Origin: Sphagnum compactum
Lineage: Eukaryota
Assembly: GCA_965153455.1 (NCBI GenBank)
Contig: OZ234494.1
Coordinates: forward strand, 2,418,001-2,482,000
Direction: 5' to 3'
DNA: 64,000 nucleotides
Part shown: piece by piece, positions 14,041 through 26,750 of the stretch
Layout: every line of letters starts with the position of its first letter
How positions within the stretch are numbered: the first letter of the stretch is position 1
Translations under genes and position numbers: made by a program
The notes under the pieces: model-generated
Told to the model about the DNA's origin: nothing
The model's input: the letters and a program-made list of their open reading frames with translations, nothing else
Databases searched by the model: none

Positions 14041-17000
14041 AGGAGAGTTTGTACAAAGTGTCCTTTAGGGGGAAGAAGAACATCATCATACATGGGGTTG
14101 GTTCTAGCTGGCTACTCGTGAGGCAGGGCAGTAACCCTAAAAGGATGCGTGAAGAAGCGAGAATCCCTCACACCACCCTTGAACTCAGGAAGCAACAATG
14201 TTGGTTGCACAGCTCTGATTGAGTGTCTGGAGTCATGCTTGCTTCCACCATGCACATGTAGTAGGCATTTTGTTTGTCACAAGGTTTCTCTTTGGTTTTC
14301 ACAGCTTGGACTTGGACTCTGGATATATATGTCTCAGGGTGGTGGCAATGAGCAGTCACTAGAATTTTCCTTAGCTCTCTTGTTGCATAGCAGCATCTGT
14401 GTGTGCTCTTAGGAGCAAACAAGAGACCCAGCTGCTTGCAAATCCCTCTTGCTCTTCTCTGTTGTTACGAATGCAGAGATCAATTTCTGCCCTAACTCTG
14501 TCATACTGCCACTCTTGTTGTTATATGATAACAACCTGTGCCCTAGCAGCCATGCACAATAGTACCAAGTACATTAGATAGGCTGAGCCAGTCAGCCAGC
14601 CAGTGAGCTCTGCAACACTTGTAATGATGTGGTGAATTGAGTGTTGCAGGTGATGTCTTTGTTGGAGGAAGCGAAATCAGCAGGTTCTTCACCCGGGGCT
14701 CAAGTGAGTCCAAGTGTTTCGGTGTCACTGCTACCAGGTGTTTTCAAGGAAGGATCTACACCACCGCTCTCTCCAAAAAGCTCGCCTCTGTCACCCAGGT
14801 CACCAATGAGGCGTTCTGGCTCTGGACCTAGCAATTTGAGCTCACCCTTAAGGAAATCTAGTGATCCACTCCGAGAAGTGATCCCTCAGGTATCTCACAG
14901 GTTGGCCATTGTGACGCACACAATGCAATACACAACCCTCTGTAGGCTACAAAAGAAATGGACTCTGTTTCTTTTTTTGTCTTTCCCAGTTTTTCTGACC
15001 ACTATGCTGATCCTCTGGGTGTGCTTGTGTTTCTCGGTTCTCGGTGGACATTTGTTCTCGGGCGACAACCTTTGCTGACATTCAGTTCTATTTTCCTGAT
15101 GGACCTCCTGCGTCGAGAGAAATGGCAAGTCAGTGTTTGGCCCGCATTGATCAAATATTTGCCGGTCATCCTGATGGCCTTCCTGCATCTGGTTTGTTCA
15201 CAGTCTGGACCTTGCCCCCTGTGGAGGCAGATTGTTGTCTCTTCTGTTGCTTATGGGTCAGATGGTTTTAGCTTATTTCATGCCATGTCATGTGTGTTTT
15301 TCCATCTTAACAGTTGTTTTGAGGGGTGGGGGCCTGTGGATTGCAGCATTTATGACAATTACAAAAGAGATTTGCAAACTACCATCATTTTTCTCTGGCA
15401 TTTTATTCAAAAACCTTGATGTCAACAGCACTGGCCTTGTCAAAAGGTGACATTCAGACACAGCCCTTGTTCTCCTTAAAGTTAGAAAGTCAGTGGTCTG
15501 GCTACGAGTTTAGCCAATGAGGTCAGAGATGCTATAAGCTCCTTCTGATGGTGCTCTCTCTTCATTCAGCTTGAACTTTCATTGTTCCCAAACTGCAAAG
15601 TTAGCAAGAGGGCCCATTTGAGGATTTGGTTCTTCAAGAGTTATAGTGTTACCTCTATATCTGTGAAGGTGATTGTCTGATGATTTGTGAGTGATACTCA
15701 CGGGGTCATGACTCCACTCATTCAGTTTGAAGGTATGACCTGGTGATGCTTGTGTAGCGACATAGAATTTGGGTTGCATGTTAGAGTGCTGGACAGGAGT
15801 TCTTGTCAAGCAATGTCTATTTACAGTGACCTGACAATCTGCTGTGAAATATTTGGAGCTGCAGTGAGTCTTTTAGGTGTTGAACAGCTCTTTTCTGTAA
15901 ATGCAGGTTGTGAACCTTTTTCTTCTCTAATCTTCTACACCTTGAGAACTTTTTGTTCATCAAAACTCCTATTGAAGAAGCTCTTATCATCTCATAATGT
16001 CATCTGGTGCAGGGAAAGGTTCATAGAGTACTGGGTTGATCAGAATATGCTGATAGCTGACACCGCAACTCGTGTCTTCACAGTATTGAAGCAACCAGAC
16101 AAAAATTATTTGACACAGGTCAGTTTCCATACACTTCAGGATGTTACGTGATGTACTCTGACACCTTCCCCAGGGTGCTTTCAGGCTTCTGTCCTTCAAA
16201 TTTTGAGGGGGTTTTCCAGGAGTTTTGAGAAAGTGCAGATTTTGAATATTGTGGGGATTTGACATTGGTGGGTGATGCAGGAAGATTTTAGGCCCATTTT
16301 AAGGGAGCTTTTAGCCACGCATCGTGGTTTGGAGTTTCTTCACGACACCCCAGAGTTTCAAGAGAGATATGGTACAGATAAAGCTGTAGTGTTTTGACAG
16401 ATTGTGTGTGGGATATGAATTGATGAATTGTGTGTTGGGCTCTTACTGACCTGAAGAAGTTCATGGGCTACCTACCCACAAAAGCTCATAGGTTGTTACC
16501 GGATGTGCTGGTTGGGTTGGGTTTAGCTGAGACTGTTATATACAGGATCTTCTTTTATGTAAATAAGGCTGGCAATGGGCAGCTACAGCTGAGAGAGATA
16601 AAGCGGAGCAATCTAATTGCTGCCTTGCAACAAGTGGATGAAGAGGAAGACATCAACAAGGTGTTACGGTGGGTTATTTTGCCCTGTTCTTTGTTAGGTC
16701 ATCTGAGTAGATGAATGCATGTGAGGGTAACTAACTTGCGTTTCTGTGCATTTTTGTTATCTCTCTCCTGACAGTCTCAAAACAGGATGTATTCTTTTTA
16801 CACACTGAGAATGGAGATTTCTCTATTCTTATGAAAGATATTCTTACACACTGAGGCATAACAAATCTCTCTTTTGGTGATGACAGGTACTTCTCATATG
16901 AGCACTTCTACGTTATTTACTGCAAGTTCTGGGAACTCGATTCAGATCATGACTTTTTGATTGATAAGGATGACCTCCTGCGGTATGGGAACCATGCTCT

Positions 17001-18514
17001 AACCTACCGCATTGTGGAGCGCATATTTTCACAGGTGGGTGTTTTACTCTTGCCCTCTACTTCTTTGTTTCTGGTGATTGTGTACCTGCCATTATTGCTA
17101 GACCTGCGATTTTTGTCTTTGGGAGGAAGCTAGCTTTTCTTCTCATCCTTTACGTACCATGTTGCTGTTAAGCCCAGGAAGGTTGATGTTGAGGTGCATT
17201 TTTGTCAGCAAGGTCTTCTTTTCCAGAATATGTCTCAGGTTGAGTTAGATTGATCTCCTTCCTGCAAAGTCAAAATCTTGCTGAGCAGGGACACAAGCTT
17301 TACAGACACAATGGGTGATGACAGATTCCAAGAAAATTCAGCAGTAAAGCTGAAGGAAAGATGGGTTACGAGGACTTTGTCTGGTTTATACTTTCAGAGG
17401 AGGACAAGTCATCAGAACCTAGCCTTGAGTATTGGTAGCTTTCTTCTGTCTTTCCCTCTTCCTGTTCAAAGAGCAATTTTGTTCATTGGGGAGTAGGGTG
17501 GGGACAGACATGTAAAGAAGATGTTTCAATTAAGGTGGTTTGGCTTTTTGATGGGAGTGAGTGAGCTGGTACAGGTTCAAGTGTGTGGACCTTGACTGCG
17601 ACGGTGTAATTACACCCAACGAAATGCAGTTCTTCTATGAGGAGCAGCTACATCGCATGGAGTGCATGGCACAAGAGCCTGTTCTATTTGAGGACATCGT
17701 CTGCCAAATGGCTGACATGATTTGTCCACATGTGCGTGTTTTTATGCTTTTTTATCACTCAAGCCCATGGGGGCAGGATGGAGAGTTAACTGATTATTCT
17801 GAATGCCAGCTTGCCTATTTGGAGCTACTGTTTCTTTCCCTCTTTGGTGATCATGCAGAAAATGAATGGCCCATTTTATATTTCATATTTTTTCTGATCT
17901 GCATTTCTGAACATGTATTGTCATGCAGAAGGAGGGTCAGCTTACATTACGTGACCTGAAGCAATGCAAGCTTTCTGGCAACTTCTTCAACATCCTCTTC
18001 AATTTAAACAAATTTGTTGCTTTTGAGACCCGAGACCCTTTTCTTATACGACAGGTAGGCATCTATGGCAATACTGATGTCTAGGTGGTTGCTTGCAAAA
18101 TGTGTCTCTGGCTTGTGACTATTCTATACACAGCATCCCAGTGTACATGAGAAGGTTTTAGTTTTGTCATCATTGAGGAATTCTGTTAGTATGCATATAA
18201 GAATGCTTCGGTCATCTGTAGGTCAGAGGGGGATGCAAATCCTGGGAGACTAGGGTAATATTCCCACCTATTATTGCTCATTGGGTGCGTGCTATTGCCA
18301 CTGAAGCTTTTGTAGACTTTCATACTTGGTATGTGGGAGGGTGCTGAATGCTGAACCTTGTGGGTTGTGGCAGGAGAGGGAGGATCCTTCATTGACAGAG
18401 TGGGACCGTTTTGCACACACGGAATACATTCGATTGTCAATGGAAGAGGATGGTGAAGATGCTTCAAATGGCAGTGCAGAAGTGTGGGATGAATCTTTTG
18501 AAGCACCCTTTTGA
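13476..18514 (+). CDS. Protein phosphatase 2A regulatory subunit B'' (EF-hand, Ca2+-binding), ~549 aa, 12 exons
   Basis: Exons 13476-13658, 14650-14889, 15086-15191, 15347-15446, 16013-16118, 16281-16371, 16527-16668, 16887-17034, 17325-17434, 17575-17731, 17929-18054, 18374-18514. All introns are GT-AG and phase-consistent (1650 nt total). Family motifs: [71 protein letters not shown]-hand [23 protein letters not shown], terminal EAPF. Confidence 0.96.
14009..14038. repeat. (CT)n microsatellite in intron 1 of the PP2A B'' gene
   Basis: Uninterrupted CT dinucleotide run. Confidence 0.9.
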
Positions 18515-19473
18515 CCCCTTTTTTCAGTGACCCATCAGCTAGGAAGAGGCTTTGCTTAGTATCGGTGATTACTTCTTCTTCTTCTTTTCAATTGCACTTT
18601 GGGATAGAAGATACAAATGCAGGTCACTTTTCTAGAGTGTTGTTGCTCCATGGAACTTTCACACTGGCCCTGTGTTCTTAGATTAGGATGAAAACTGTAC
18701 AGTTTTACAAACTGCAACTTAGCTAGGCACTGTATACCAACACTGATGAAACCTGGATTTACAAGCCTGTTGAAGGACCTTTGGAAGCCCCTTCACTGTT
18801 TTGATGATGGTCTTTTTGTTGAGGTCTTTTTAGATTACCCTTCCCCCTCCAACAAATTGTATTTCTCTGACTTAGTATCACTTGGTACTCAAGGGACAAG
18901 ACCTTGTATCAGTACCTCAGTTGCAGTGCATCACCTTCCCGTTAGTGTGAGGTATTCAGGACAGATGTCTTCAATAAAGAAAAAAATTGCCAGTCATTAG
19001 TCATTAACACCCCTCTTCTGAATGTTTCTCTGATCTTCTGCAACAAAGTCGAGCATAAAGAGCCTAAGAGCGCTGGAAAACCAAAGTGAGACTGCTGAGG
19101 GTGCCAATGTTGGATTTTACCAACAGTTCCATTCATGGAGCCTTGAAGAAGACAACAAACTTGAAGGTGTTGTTGGATGTTTTGTGGCCTCTCTTCAGCA
19201 TCACATCAGCTTGTGCAGGTGATTCAGAATTTTGTATACTGGTTTCACTTTGCAAACGTTTCTGTGCTCAAATTGCAATGGGATTTGCCTGTGCCCAAAT
19301 TGTGAGGATTGGAGTTTGCGAAGGAATTGCTCAAGTGAAACTTTGGAACTTTGACACCTAGGTATTTTTTTGAATTGATACAGGTTTTTTCCATTGAATC
19401 TATTATGGATTTGTCTGTGCTCAAATTGCTACGGAGTTGCACTATGGGATTGCTCCTATGGAACTTTGAGCTA

Positions 19474-19643
19474 GGTTCTTTCTGAATGGACTTAGGCTTT
19501 TTTTTCATCACGAACATTTTATAAATTGGAATTGCTCTAGTTTGGTTTTGGGTTCCTTGGTTCTTTCTGAATGGACAAAGGTGTTTTTTTCATTAACAAA
19601 GTTATATAAATTGGAATTGCACTAGTTGGGTCTTGGGTGCCTT
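19474..19643. repeat. 85-bp tandem duplication downstream of the PP2A B'' gene
   Basis: GGTTCTTTCTGAATGGAC...ATAAATTGGAATTGC..TAGTT starts at 19474 and 19559. Confidence 0.85.
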
Positions 19644-20199
19644 CAATCTGATCTAAAGACTGAGATCGGCATGTGACTTGATGTGGGTACTTGGAATTAT
19701 GATCCCTTTTCCAGGAATACCAAACCATCTTCCAATGCAACACACCCTAAAACTAGATATGTAAACAAGACAATGTCTGAAGACGTATGCGGCGCATCAT
19801 AAGGTGATATACATCAAGATGATGAAGTTGGAAGTTGCAAGCAATTAAGAGTTTTGTTGTCTTCAAATTTGAGTGCCGCCTTTTCTGGTTTCAAACTTGG
19901 GTGCTGAATAATTATGTTATGAGAATTGTTGTCAATTATTGCATCTGATCTTCAATGGTAGGCTTAGAACCAGAACTAGGCTTTAAAAAATAAAATAAAA
20001 TTCTAAACCAAAGTTTCAAAACCACTAAATGAATATATAAATATTTATTTATTTATTTATTTATTAAAAATATTTAAAACCAGTGAGATTCATCAACATC
20101 CGAGGAGGAAGCAAGAAGGAAAGAAGGAAGGAAGGAATGAAAAGAGGACTTGGGAAAGAAGGATGCAAGGAAAGAGGACTTGAGAAAGAAAGAAAGAAA

Positions 20200-22959
20200 G
20201 AAGGACGTGCTCCTTGACGCCGCCGTGCTTGACGTGCTCAATTTCTTGACGCCCGACGCGCACCGTTACGCGGTACCCAGCGCGGTTACTGACCTCAACC
20301 AACTACGCGTCTACTCCGTGTTCTCTTCTTCCATTGCTCCTCCTCCTTTTCTTCTTCCTGCTGCCGCTGCGGCCATCGGCGATCTCATTGTCATTGCTGC
20401 TCCTGATGCCGTCGACGATCTGACTCCCTTGTGATCTTGCTGATGCTGATTGCTGTGTGTGACTGACTGTTGCCGCAAGTGATGCGCAGGTGAGGCTTCT
20501 CATCTTCTTCTTCTTTTTTTCCCTTTGCAAAGCTCTTTTTGTTTCTTGTTATTTGTAAAAAAAAAATTTGGCTCGTTCGTTCTCCGTGTTGCTGCTCTGT
20601 TCTCGTTTTAGATGCGTGTAGATAATGCGTGTTCTTTGTAGACAGACAGGGAGATAAGACTGCCCTGTTACAACTGCTGTGAGGTTTATGTTTTCTTTTT
20701 TTTCTATCTCCCTGCTGCGGTCTCTGTTTTTTTCTTTTTTTGTGGCTTCTGGATCTACAAGGTGCACAGTGTTTTTAGGCAGCTGCTGTTTGTTTGTAGG
20801 GGTTTTGTTTGTGATTTTTAGGAAGTAAAATTTCTCCTCTTTTCGGTCGTGTTTTCGAACTCTCTTCTTTTTTCTTTTTTCCCTTTTTTAAGCCTGATTT
20901 CTTCTGCTATGGACTTGCACTTGCACGTTTTTTTTCAGTCTGTGGTGGGTCTGTTAGGATGCAGAAGTAGGTGTTGATGCTTTGTGAAGTCCCTCTTGGC
21001 ATATTTCTGTTTTTCTGTATTTTGTGTGTGGCATTTGGAGTGGCTGATGTTTTGGAGCCAGACAACTCTGCTTTCTGCTTCTTTTTTCTTTTGTATGAAA
21101 TTCAAAAAGGGGACGTGATCTATCAGGTTTCAGTAAAGTGGAAGATGATATGACTGAAAGAGAGACGCGTGCCTCTCTGAAAGCTTTCTCATGTCGCGAG
21201 ATGAGATGCAATGCTGCGCGGACGGGCTGCTTCTTACACGCCGGTTAACTTATTACCACTAGCATCTGCATTTGCGTTTTTGGAAACCTTTTTTCCTTGT
21301 CATTTTCACCGAGTTTGCTGCCTGTGCACAGTTCATGATCTCAGCGTCTCACTCCATTTTGTCGTGCAAATGAGTTTGTAGGGGAGAAATGGATGTGGAC
21401 TGTGTTGATTTAGGCTCTGCCTGACTATCCACCTAGTGATTTGAAACAGACTACTGCTGCACAGGAAAAACAAAAATAAATAAAATTCTGGTACTCTACA
21501 TGGGAGACTTGTGGATCAGAATACTGTATCTGATAAAGACTGTCTTTCCTTGTGAGTTGAATTTGGAAAATTGTTCTATTGCCAATGTTCTAGATTTTTA
21601 GGAATTTTATTTGAAGGATTCAACTCTTGCTAGTCTATGAACAAAGAGCATTGTTAAGAGTGGAATGATGCCTTCTTTGCAAGTTTGATTGTACTCCCAT
21701 TGTCAGAAGCCCAACATTTTCTAGAGTGCTTTCTTGCTCAATGAGAAGTTTTGTGTTGTCCCAAAAGAAAGGATGACATTAGGGTGGGCATTATCTTGTG
21801 TTCCATGTGACCTCTGCAGTGAGTTCAACATGAAAGTGCAGTGTTGTAGAAATGGACTGTGGTTTTAATGGTGCTGTCTGAGTTCAGTTGAGTTGAAGTA
21901 AAATGTGTTTGCATCCAGAAAAAGTCTTATGGTTGCAAGCACCACCAGCATACAGCACTGGTGTGGGCACTCTCCAGTGGGTTGCTCTTGGAATGTTCAA
22001 AGAGTAATTGTGTCTTTCTAGAGGTACTGTTCTTGTGTTGTGTTTTTGGTGATTTGGATGATAACTCTTGATACTTCATGTCTTTAACAGTGGTAGAATA
22101 TCTTGAGATCCACCATGGGAGTAAGTCATGTGTGACCTTCTGCAGATGTCCTACAGCCAGTCATTGTTATCCTTGTGAAGGTGATAGTCTGGTACACTCA
22201 AAAGGTTATGATTGCACTTGTTCTTGTCATGTTTGTTTTCATTTGGGTGTGCAACTGACACCACCTTTGTTTGGTTACGTAACAAGCTTTTGGGGAGTTT
22301 GTCTCCACTCTCACACTTGTATTTTTCCCATCTATTAGTTGGATGTAGGGCACTCAAACTTCAGAGCCACCAGTGGTGTGTGCACATGGATATGTCATGG
22401 TGGAGAAAATCACTCCATGCCTCTCTATGCCTGAGGCTTGTAGATGTTTGCTTGTAGAGAGGCATGCTAAAATGAAACGAAGCTTTCCTGACGAGCCTGT
22501 TGCAGCTTCAATGAGGAGACTATTGACTTGTTTGATAAGTTATGTTTCTCGAAGTGCAATCTGAGACCAGGACTGAGTCTTCCATTTCTCTCAGGAATGC
22601 AACAGAAACTTAGGATGCATATTTCTGTAGAATTGTTTGGCATCAGTTTTCAAGCAGATTCTCACTTATCTACTCTTGACTGTCTGGAGAAGTCAGTTGG
22701 GATTAATGGCAGCTAGTCTCTGCCATGCATGGTAAAGGTGATGGTCTGCTACTTTGAGACTGTCACTCACAAGGTTATATGACTGCACTCTTTTTTGTCA
22801 TGGTTGTTTTGGTTGTCTAAGACTGATACAACATTTGTTTGGGTATCTTACCTGTATTTGTTGAGTTTCTCCCTGAAATGACATTGATATTTGTCTTACA
22901 GCCTCCCCTTGCAAGTTGTAATTTGTAAGCATTTTTTCTTGTTTGTGTTCTTTGAGCAG
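20200..22959 (+). promoter_or_regulatory. Putative 5' UTR exon and ~2.5-kb leader intron of the methyltransferase gene
   Basis: GC/CT-rich first-exon-like segment ends at CAG|GTGAGG (donor 20490). Pyrimidine-rich acceptor TTTGTGTTCTTTGAGCAG ends at 22959. The transcription start is not determinable and internal exons are possible. Confidence 0.6.
22150..22900 (+). repeat. Intronic ~555-bp tandem repeat (~1.4 units), homologous to the repeat in the PP2A B' intron
   Basis: AAGGTGAT.GTCTG...AAGGTTAT block at ~22178 and ~22735. CCTCTCTATGCCT at 22420 and AACAGAAACTTAGGATG at 22601 match the blocks at 54449/54628 and 54983/55164. Confidence 0.8.
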
Positions 22960-23070
22960 GATTGGAATGTGCAGACACATAATTGCACAATAGAAGATCG
23001 TGCAACCAATTTGGTGAATTGAGACTTGCAAGCCAGTTTGCAAATGTGGCTCCTATGTTATCACTGATGG

Positions 23071-24210
23071 ATGAGGAAACATCGAAATACTTATGGCAAA
23101 AGGGAGCAGATTTGCAAACACTGGGGTTTTGAAAGTTTAGGTCACAACCATATTATCAGTGGGGCAGGAAGTAAGCAGGGTAGGGGAAGCACCTGGAGCA
23201 GGATGACTTACTTCAATGATTTCCAAGGGGGTGTTAGAGGTGTGTCACCAAGAGTATTGTACTTTGTGATTGCAATCCTCCTCGGTTATATTACACTTGA
23301 TTTTCTTCTCCACCACTCAGGCAGCTCAGAGTGTGTGAAGTTGATCCTTGATGCTGTACAAGAGAAACCAAATTTAGAAGAAGTGGAGCAGGAGGATGCA
23401 ATATGCAAATCTGTTGAGGGACATCTGACTACAGAGCCACAAAATCCTGATGAGAATCCATGGAATCAGATGAAATGGATTGGAGAGCCAGCCAGGTGTA
23501 AAGTCAAGGGGCATTTGATTGAAAGCTTGGATCCCAAAAACAACTTCAGAAGAGGTTTCTCGCTGCAGTTTGCTCCTGATGTGGAAGACAAAACTCATGT
23601 GCTTCCTTATCTTCTTGGAAGTAAGGTGGATCTCAATAGGAGAAGCCGGCGTGTTTATCTCGATCTTGGAGCCAACTCTTTTCGTACAAGCATCATGTGG
23701 TTTATGCGGATGTACCCCTGTGACTTCTCTGAAGTGCATGCCTTTGAAGTTGACAGGAACTTGCTGAGGATTCCTGAAACAGGCTTCAATGAGAGTGCTA
23801 ACTGGAAGCCAGAAAACCCATGGGCAATCCGGGTGAATGAGGTGCCAGGTATTCCAGCATGGATGCTTAATCGCATGACATCATACAACTACTTTGTTGC
23901 AGATATTGATGACACAGCTACTGAGTCGGTTAACATAACCCGCTTCATTAAGGAGGACCTTATGCTCAGGGCATCTGATACAGTTGTGGTCAAGATGGAT
24001 ATAGAGGGAGCAGAATGGCCAATTTTGAAGAGATGGATGGATGATCCGGAGATGGCAGAAATCATCGATGAGCTGTTTGTGGAAATTCACTACAAGCACC
24101 CCTCAATGCTGCAGTATCATTGGGGTAAATTTGACCACACACGGGAACAGGCCACCCAACTTATTGCTGGCCTTCGTTCCAAAGGATTCTTCATCCATGC
24201 TTGGCCTTGA
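23071..24210 (+). CDS. Type II membrane-anchored SAM-dependent methyltransferase, FkbM/Methyltransf_21-like, 379 aa
   Basis: Uninterrupted ORF with one N-terminal hydrophobic helix (VLYFVIAILLGYITLDFLL). Rossmann motif I VYLDLGAN, acidic motif II VHAFEVD, and FkbM-type VVVKMDIEGAEWPIL and IDELFVEIH. The true start could be the downstream Met (MTYFND). Confidence 0.88.
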   Translation: MRKHRNTYGKREQICKHWGFESLGHNHIISGAGSKQGRGSTWSRMTYFNDFQGGVRGVSPRVLYFVIAILLGYITLDFLLHHSGSSECVKLILDAVQEKPNLEEVEQEDAICKSVEGHLTTEPQNPDENPWNQMKWIGEPARCKVKGHLIESLDPKNNFRRGFSLQFAPDVEDKTHVLPYLLGSKVDLNRRSRRVYLDLGANSFRTSIMWFMRMYPCDFSEVHAFEVDRNLLRIPETGFNESANWKPENPWAIRVNEVPGIPAWMLNRMTSYNYFVADIDDTATESVNITRFIKEDLMLRASDTVVVKMDIEGAEWPILKRWMDDPEMAEIIDELFVEIHYKHPSMLQYHWGKFDHTREQATQLIAGLRSKGFFIHAWP

Positions 24211-25613
24211 AATTAGGTGATATGGAGAAAGTGGATAGAAGGAAGATTGTTTACTTTGATCAGCAAAGGAGAAGATGAGAGGTTAGTGTGTACCATCTGA
24301 TGGGAGTTTGGGATTCTTTACTGGTTTTATGATTGCCTGGAAAATATTTGCTGGTAGTAACTTGGATCAGAAGCAGGGGTCCAGGTCAACCAATTTGTAA
24401 TTCTAAGAAGAGCCTCTCTGCAAAAAAATTTCGAGAATGTTTCGGCTAGATATTGAGATTCAGTCGTGGGATTTTTGTTGTTGGTAGAACATAAGATGAA
24501 TGTTGACGACAGAATGTTGAAGACAGAAGTTGTTGCCCAACTGTTTGCTTCTAGCTTGCAGTTGTGTGAGGAGGATAGATGCAGAGAGTTAAAAGGTGAA
24601 CTAGAGTTTTTGATTTCTGAAAAATGCTTTGCTTAACCCCAAAAGGTGTTGGCAATTTGATTGCCCCATTAGGGATTCATTGTCATGTAATTACTACTCT
24701 AGTGACAAGTTGAGTTCTGGCATGCATGTGATTGTGGATTTACGATGTGTCATATTCAAGAGGGAAGAAAATGTCATGCTTGCAAGTGATGATTTTGGGT
24801 CTCAATCATTTACTCGAAGTCATAAGATTCTTCTTACCCTCGGGATTATGCATAATATCCCTCCTCTTTTCTAGGAGGAATATTATTGGTAATCCCAAGA
24901 GTAAGAAGAAGAATCTTATGCCTGACTTACACAACACAACCTTTTTGCTTGCTCTTGGGAAAAGAATGCAAACCAAAACAATGTTGGGTACTTGACATTT
25001 TATTGGTATTGCATCAAACAAAGGGAGGATTAATTTACTCTTTTGGTTATCTCTATGCTTGGAATTTAGTTTTATACATATCGTTTAATTGTATCTTCGT
25101 AATTTGTTTCATCCATATAATCAACTTGCATTTGTGTTCTTAACTTCATTTAGGAACATAACTTGATCCATCAAGCTTTATCCATATGGCCAATTGATGC
25201 TGTGAATTACATCATCCATTACGGAGAAATACATCTTAGCAAGCAGTCGATTCCATTCATGACTAGAGTTTCTTCCATGTAGTATATATCCCATTGTTGA
25301 CACTTATTTTACGTTGACAATTCATCCATGTTGTCAAATTTCATTGTTTAACAAACCTTTATTCTTCATTCATGCCCTCCTTTTTCCAATTTCACTTTTC
25401 TTTCTTCCCCTCCCCATCGTCTTTCCTCCCTTTTTCCTTTGTGTTTCTATCTGTCATTCCCTTCTTTTCCTTCCCCATCCCAAAGTGATTAGTTATAATC
25501 CCTTTAACAATTGCTTTTCTTTTCATCTTTGGTCATTTTATTTTCTTTTTCCCACAGGAGATAAATAGTTGGGTTTCTTTAATCACCTAGACCTTTCAAA
25601 AGATGCATTTCAA

Positions 25614-25732
25614 TTGAAAGGTCCATAGTTGCATGGCTTTCCAAAGGAGGTGATATTGAAGGGTCCATAGTTGCATAGTTTTCCAAAGGAGGTGATATTG
25701 AAGGGTCCATAGTTGCATAGTTTTCCAGAGGA
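25614..25732. repeat. 42-bp tandem repeat, ~2.8 copies
   Basis: TTGAAGGGTCCATAGTTGCATAGTTTTCCAAAGGAGGTGATA at 25614, 25656 and 25698. Confidence 0.95.
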
Positions 25733-25789
25733 CATATTTAGTGAGAAAAAAATAAATTTAGCGTCATGAGGATATTTAAAACCAAACAC

Positions 25790-26750
25790 TCAGGTCCAAG
25801 GACCTTGGACCCAAGAGGCGTCCAAACATTTGAAGGAGGGAGGAGTAAAAGGAAACAAAAATGATGTGCATGATGAAGTGCAAATGGAATCCAGAGGGAG
25901 TACATTAGAAGGAAACCATGCTACACATTTTTGAGGTTGAGTAGAAAGACCTATTGCATAAAGTTTAGTTTGAAAATGTTCGTATGTAGACAAGACAATG
26001 GAAAGGACATTTATGATGTGAATGTCATGTGTAATGGATGGAAATAGACAAAAAGGGAAATGGTTAGTTGTAAAAAATAGTGCCCTAAAATGAGCTAACG
26101 TGAATAGTGCCCTTCCCCAAGAATCACCTTAATGGGATTCCCATGGTAGATGGGATGACCATGGCATCACCATCATAATTACAATGATTATAAAATAGGA
26201 AAAATTCAAATGCATAGAATGCACAAACAAAGGGGATGAATTGTATGATGTTTGTGCTGGCTACAAAAAGTTTAAAAATATGATCTCTCTTTACACCAAA
26301 TTGAAGGCATTTGCCACATCCAATTGGAAAACAACCTAGTTGGGGTGAAAGTCCAAGGTGCATTTCATGCTATGGATTGTTATTTCATGGTTGTTATTTT
26401 AAATTGGTCCAAGGAAAAATGTGTTGCAAAGGCATTGTGAAATTGAAGGCAAAAAGCACAACTTGTAAATTAAGACAACATTTCCCTTACAACAATGGAA
26501 CATACTCCACCTAAAGGCTTAATCATGGTTAAAAGGTGGGCCACCCCAAGGATATTTGCAATTTGACATGGAATGTGATATTTGTGCGATATGAAAACAA
26601 AGTTGAAACAGTTATGAAAATCCACCAGTGGAATCCTTTTAGATGAAAACAATTTCGAAGGTGTTCAAAAACTATCTCGGAAGGACCACTTGCAGATAAA
26701 TTTGGTGTGCATTGGAATGCGAGCTTGAAATTAAACAAAAACTCAAAGTC
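25790..26750 (-). mobile_element. Decayed non-LTR retrotransposon (RT region), same family as 59590-61800
   Basis: Interrupted minus-strand frames read LSASGPSEIVFEHLR, LLTMIKPLGGVCSIVVRE, CLQFHNAFATHFSLDQF, QLDVANAFN, ALFTLAHFRAL and GLSTQPQKCVAW. They are collinear with the second copy and carry many stops and frameshifts. Homology may extend further towards 27400. Confidence 0.78.

Noticed and set aside
20093..20530. 70-94 aa ORFs at the methyltransferase first exon
   Set aside because: Low-complexity GA/CT-rich promoter and UTR sequence with mostly non-ATG starts and no motif.
25614..25732. 42-bp repeat (and the 80-bp and 21-bp arrays) as a CRISPR-like array
   Set aside because: Units are head-to-tail with no unique spacers, the context is eukaryotic, and there are no cas genes.
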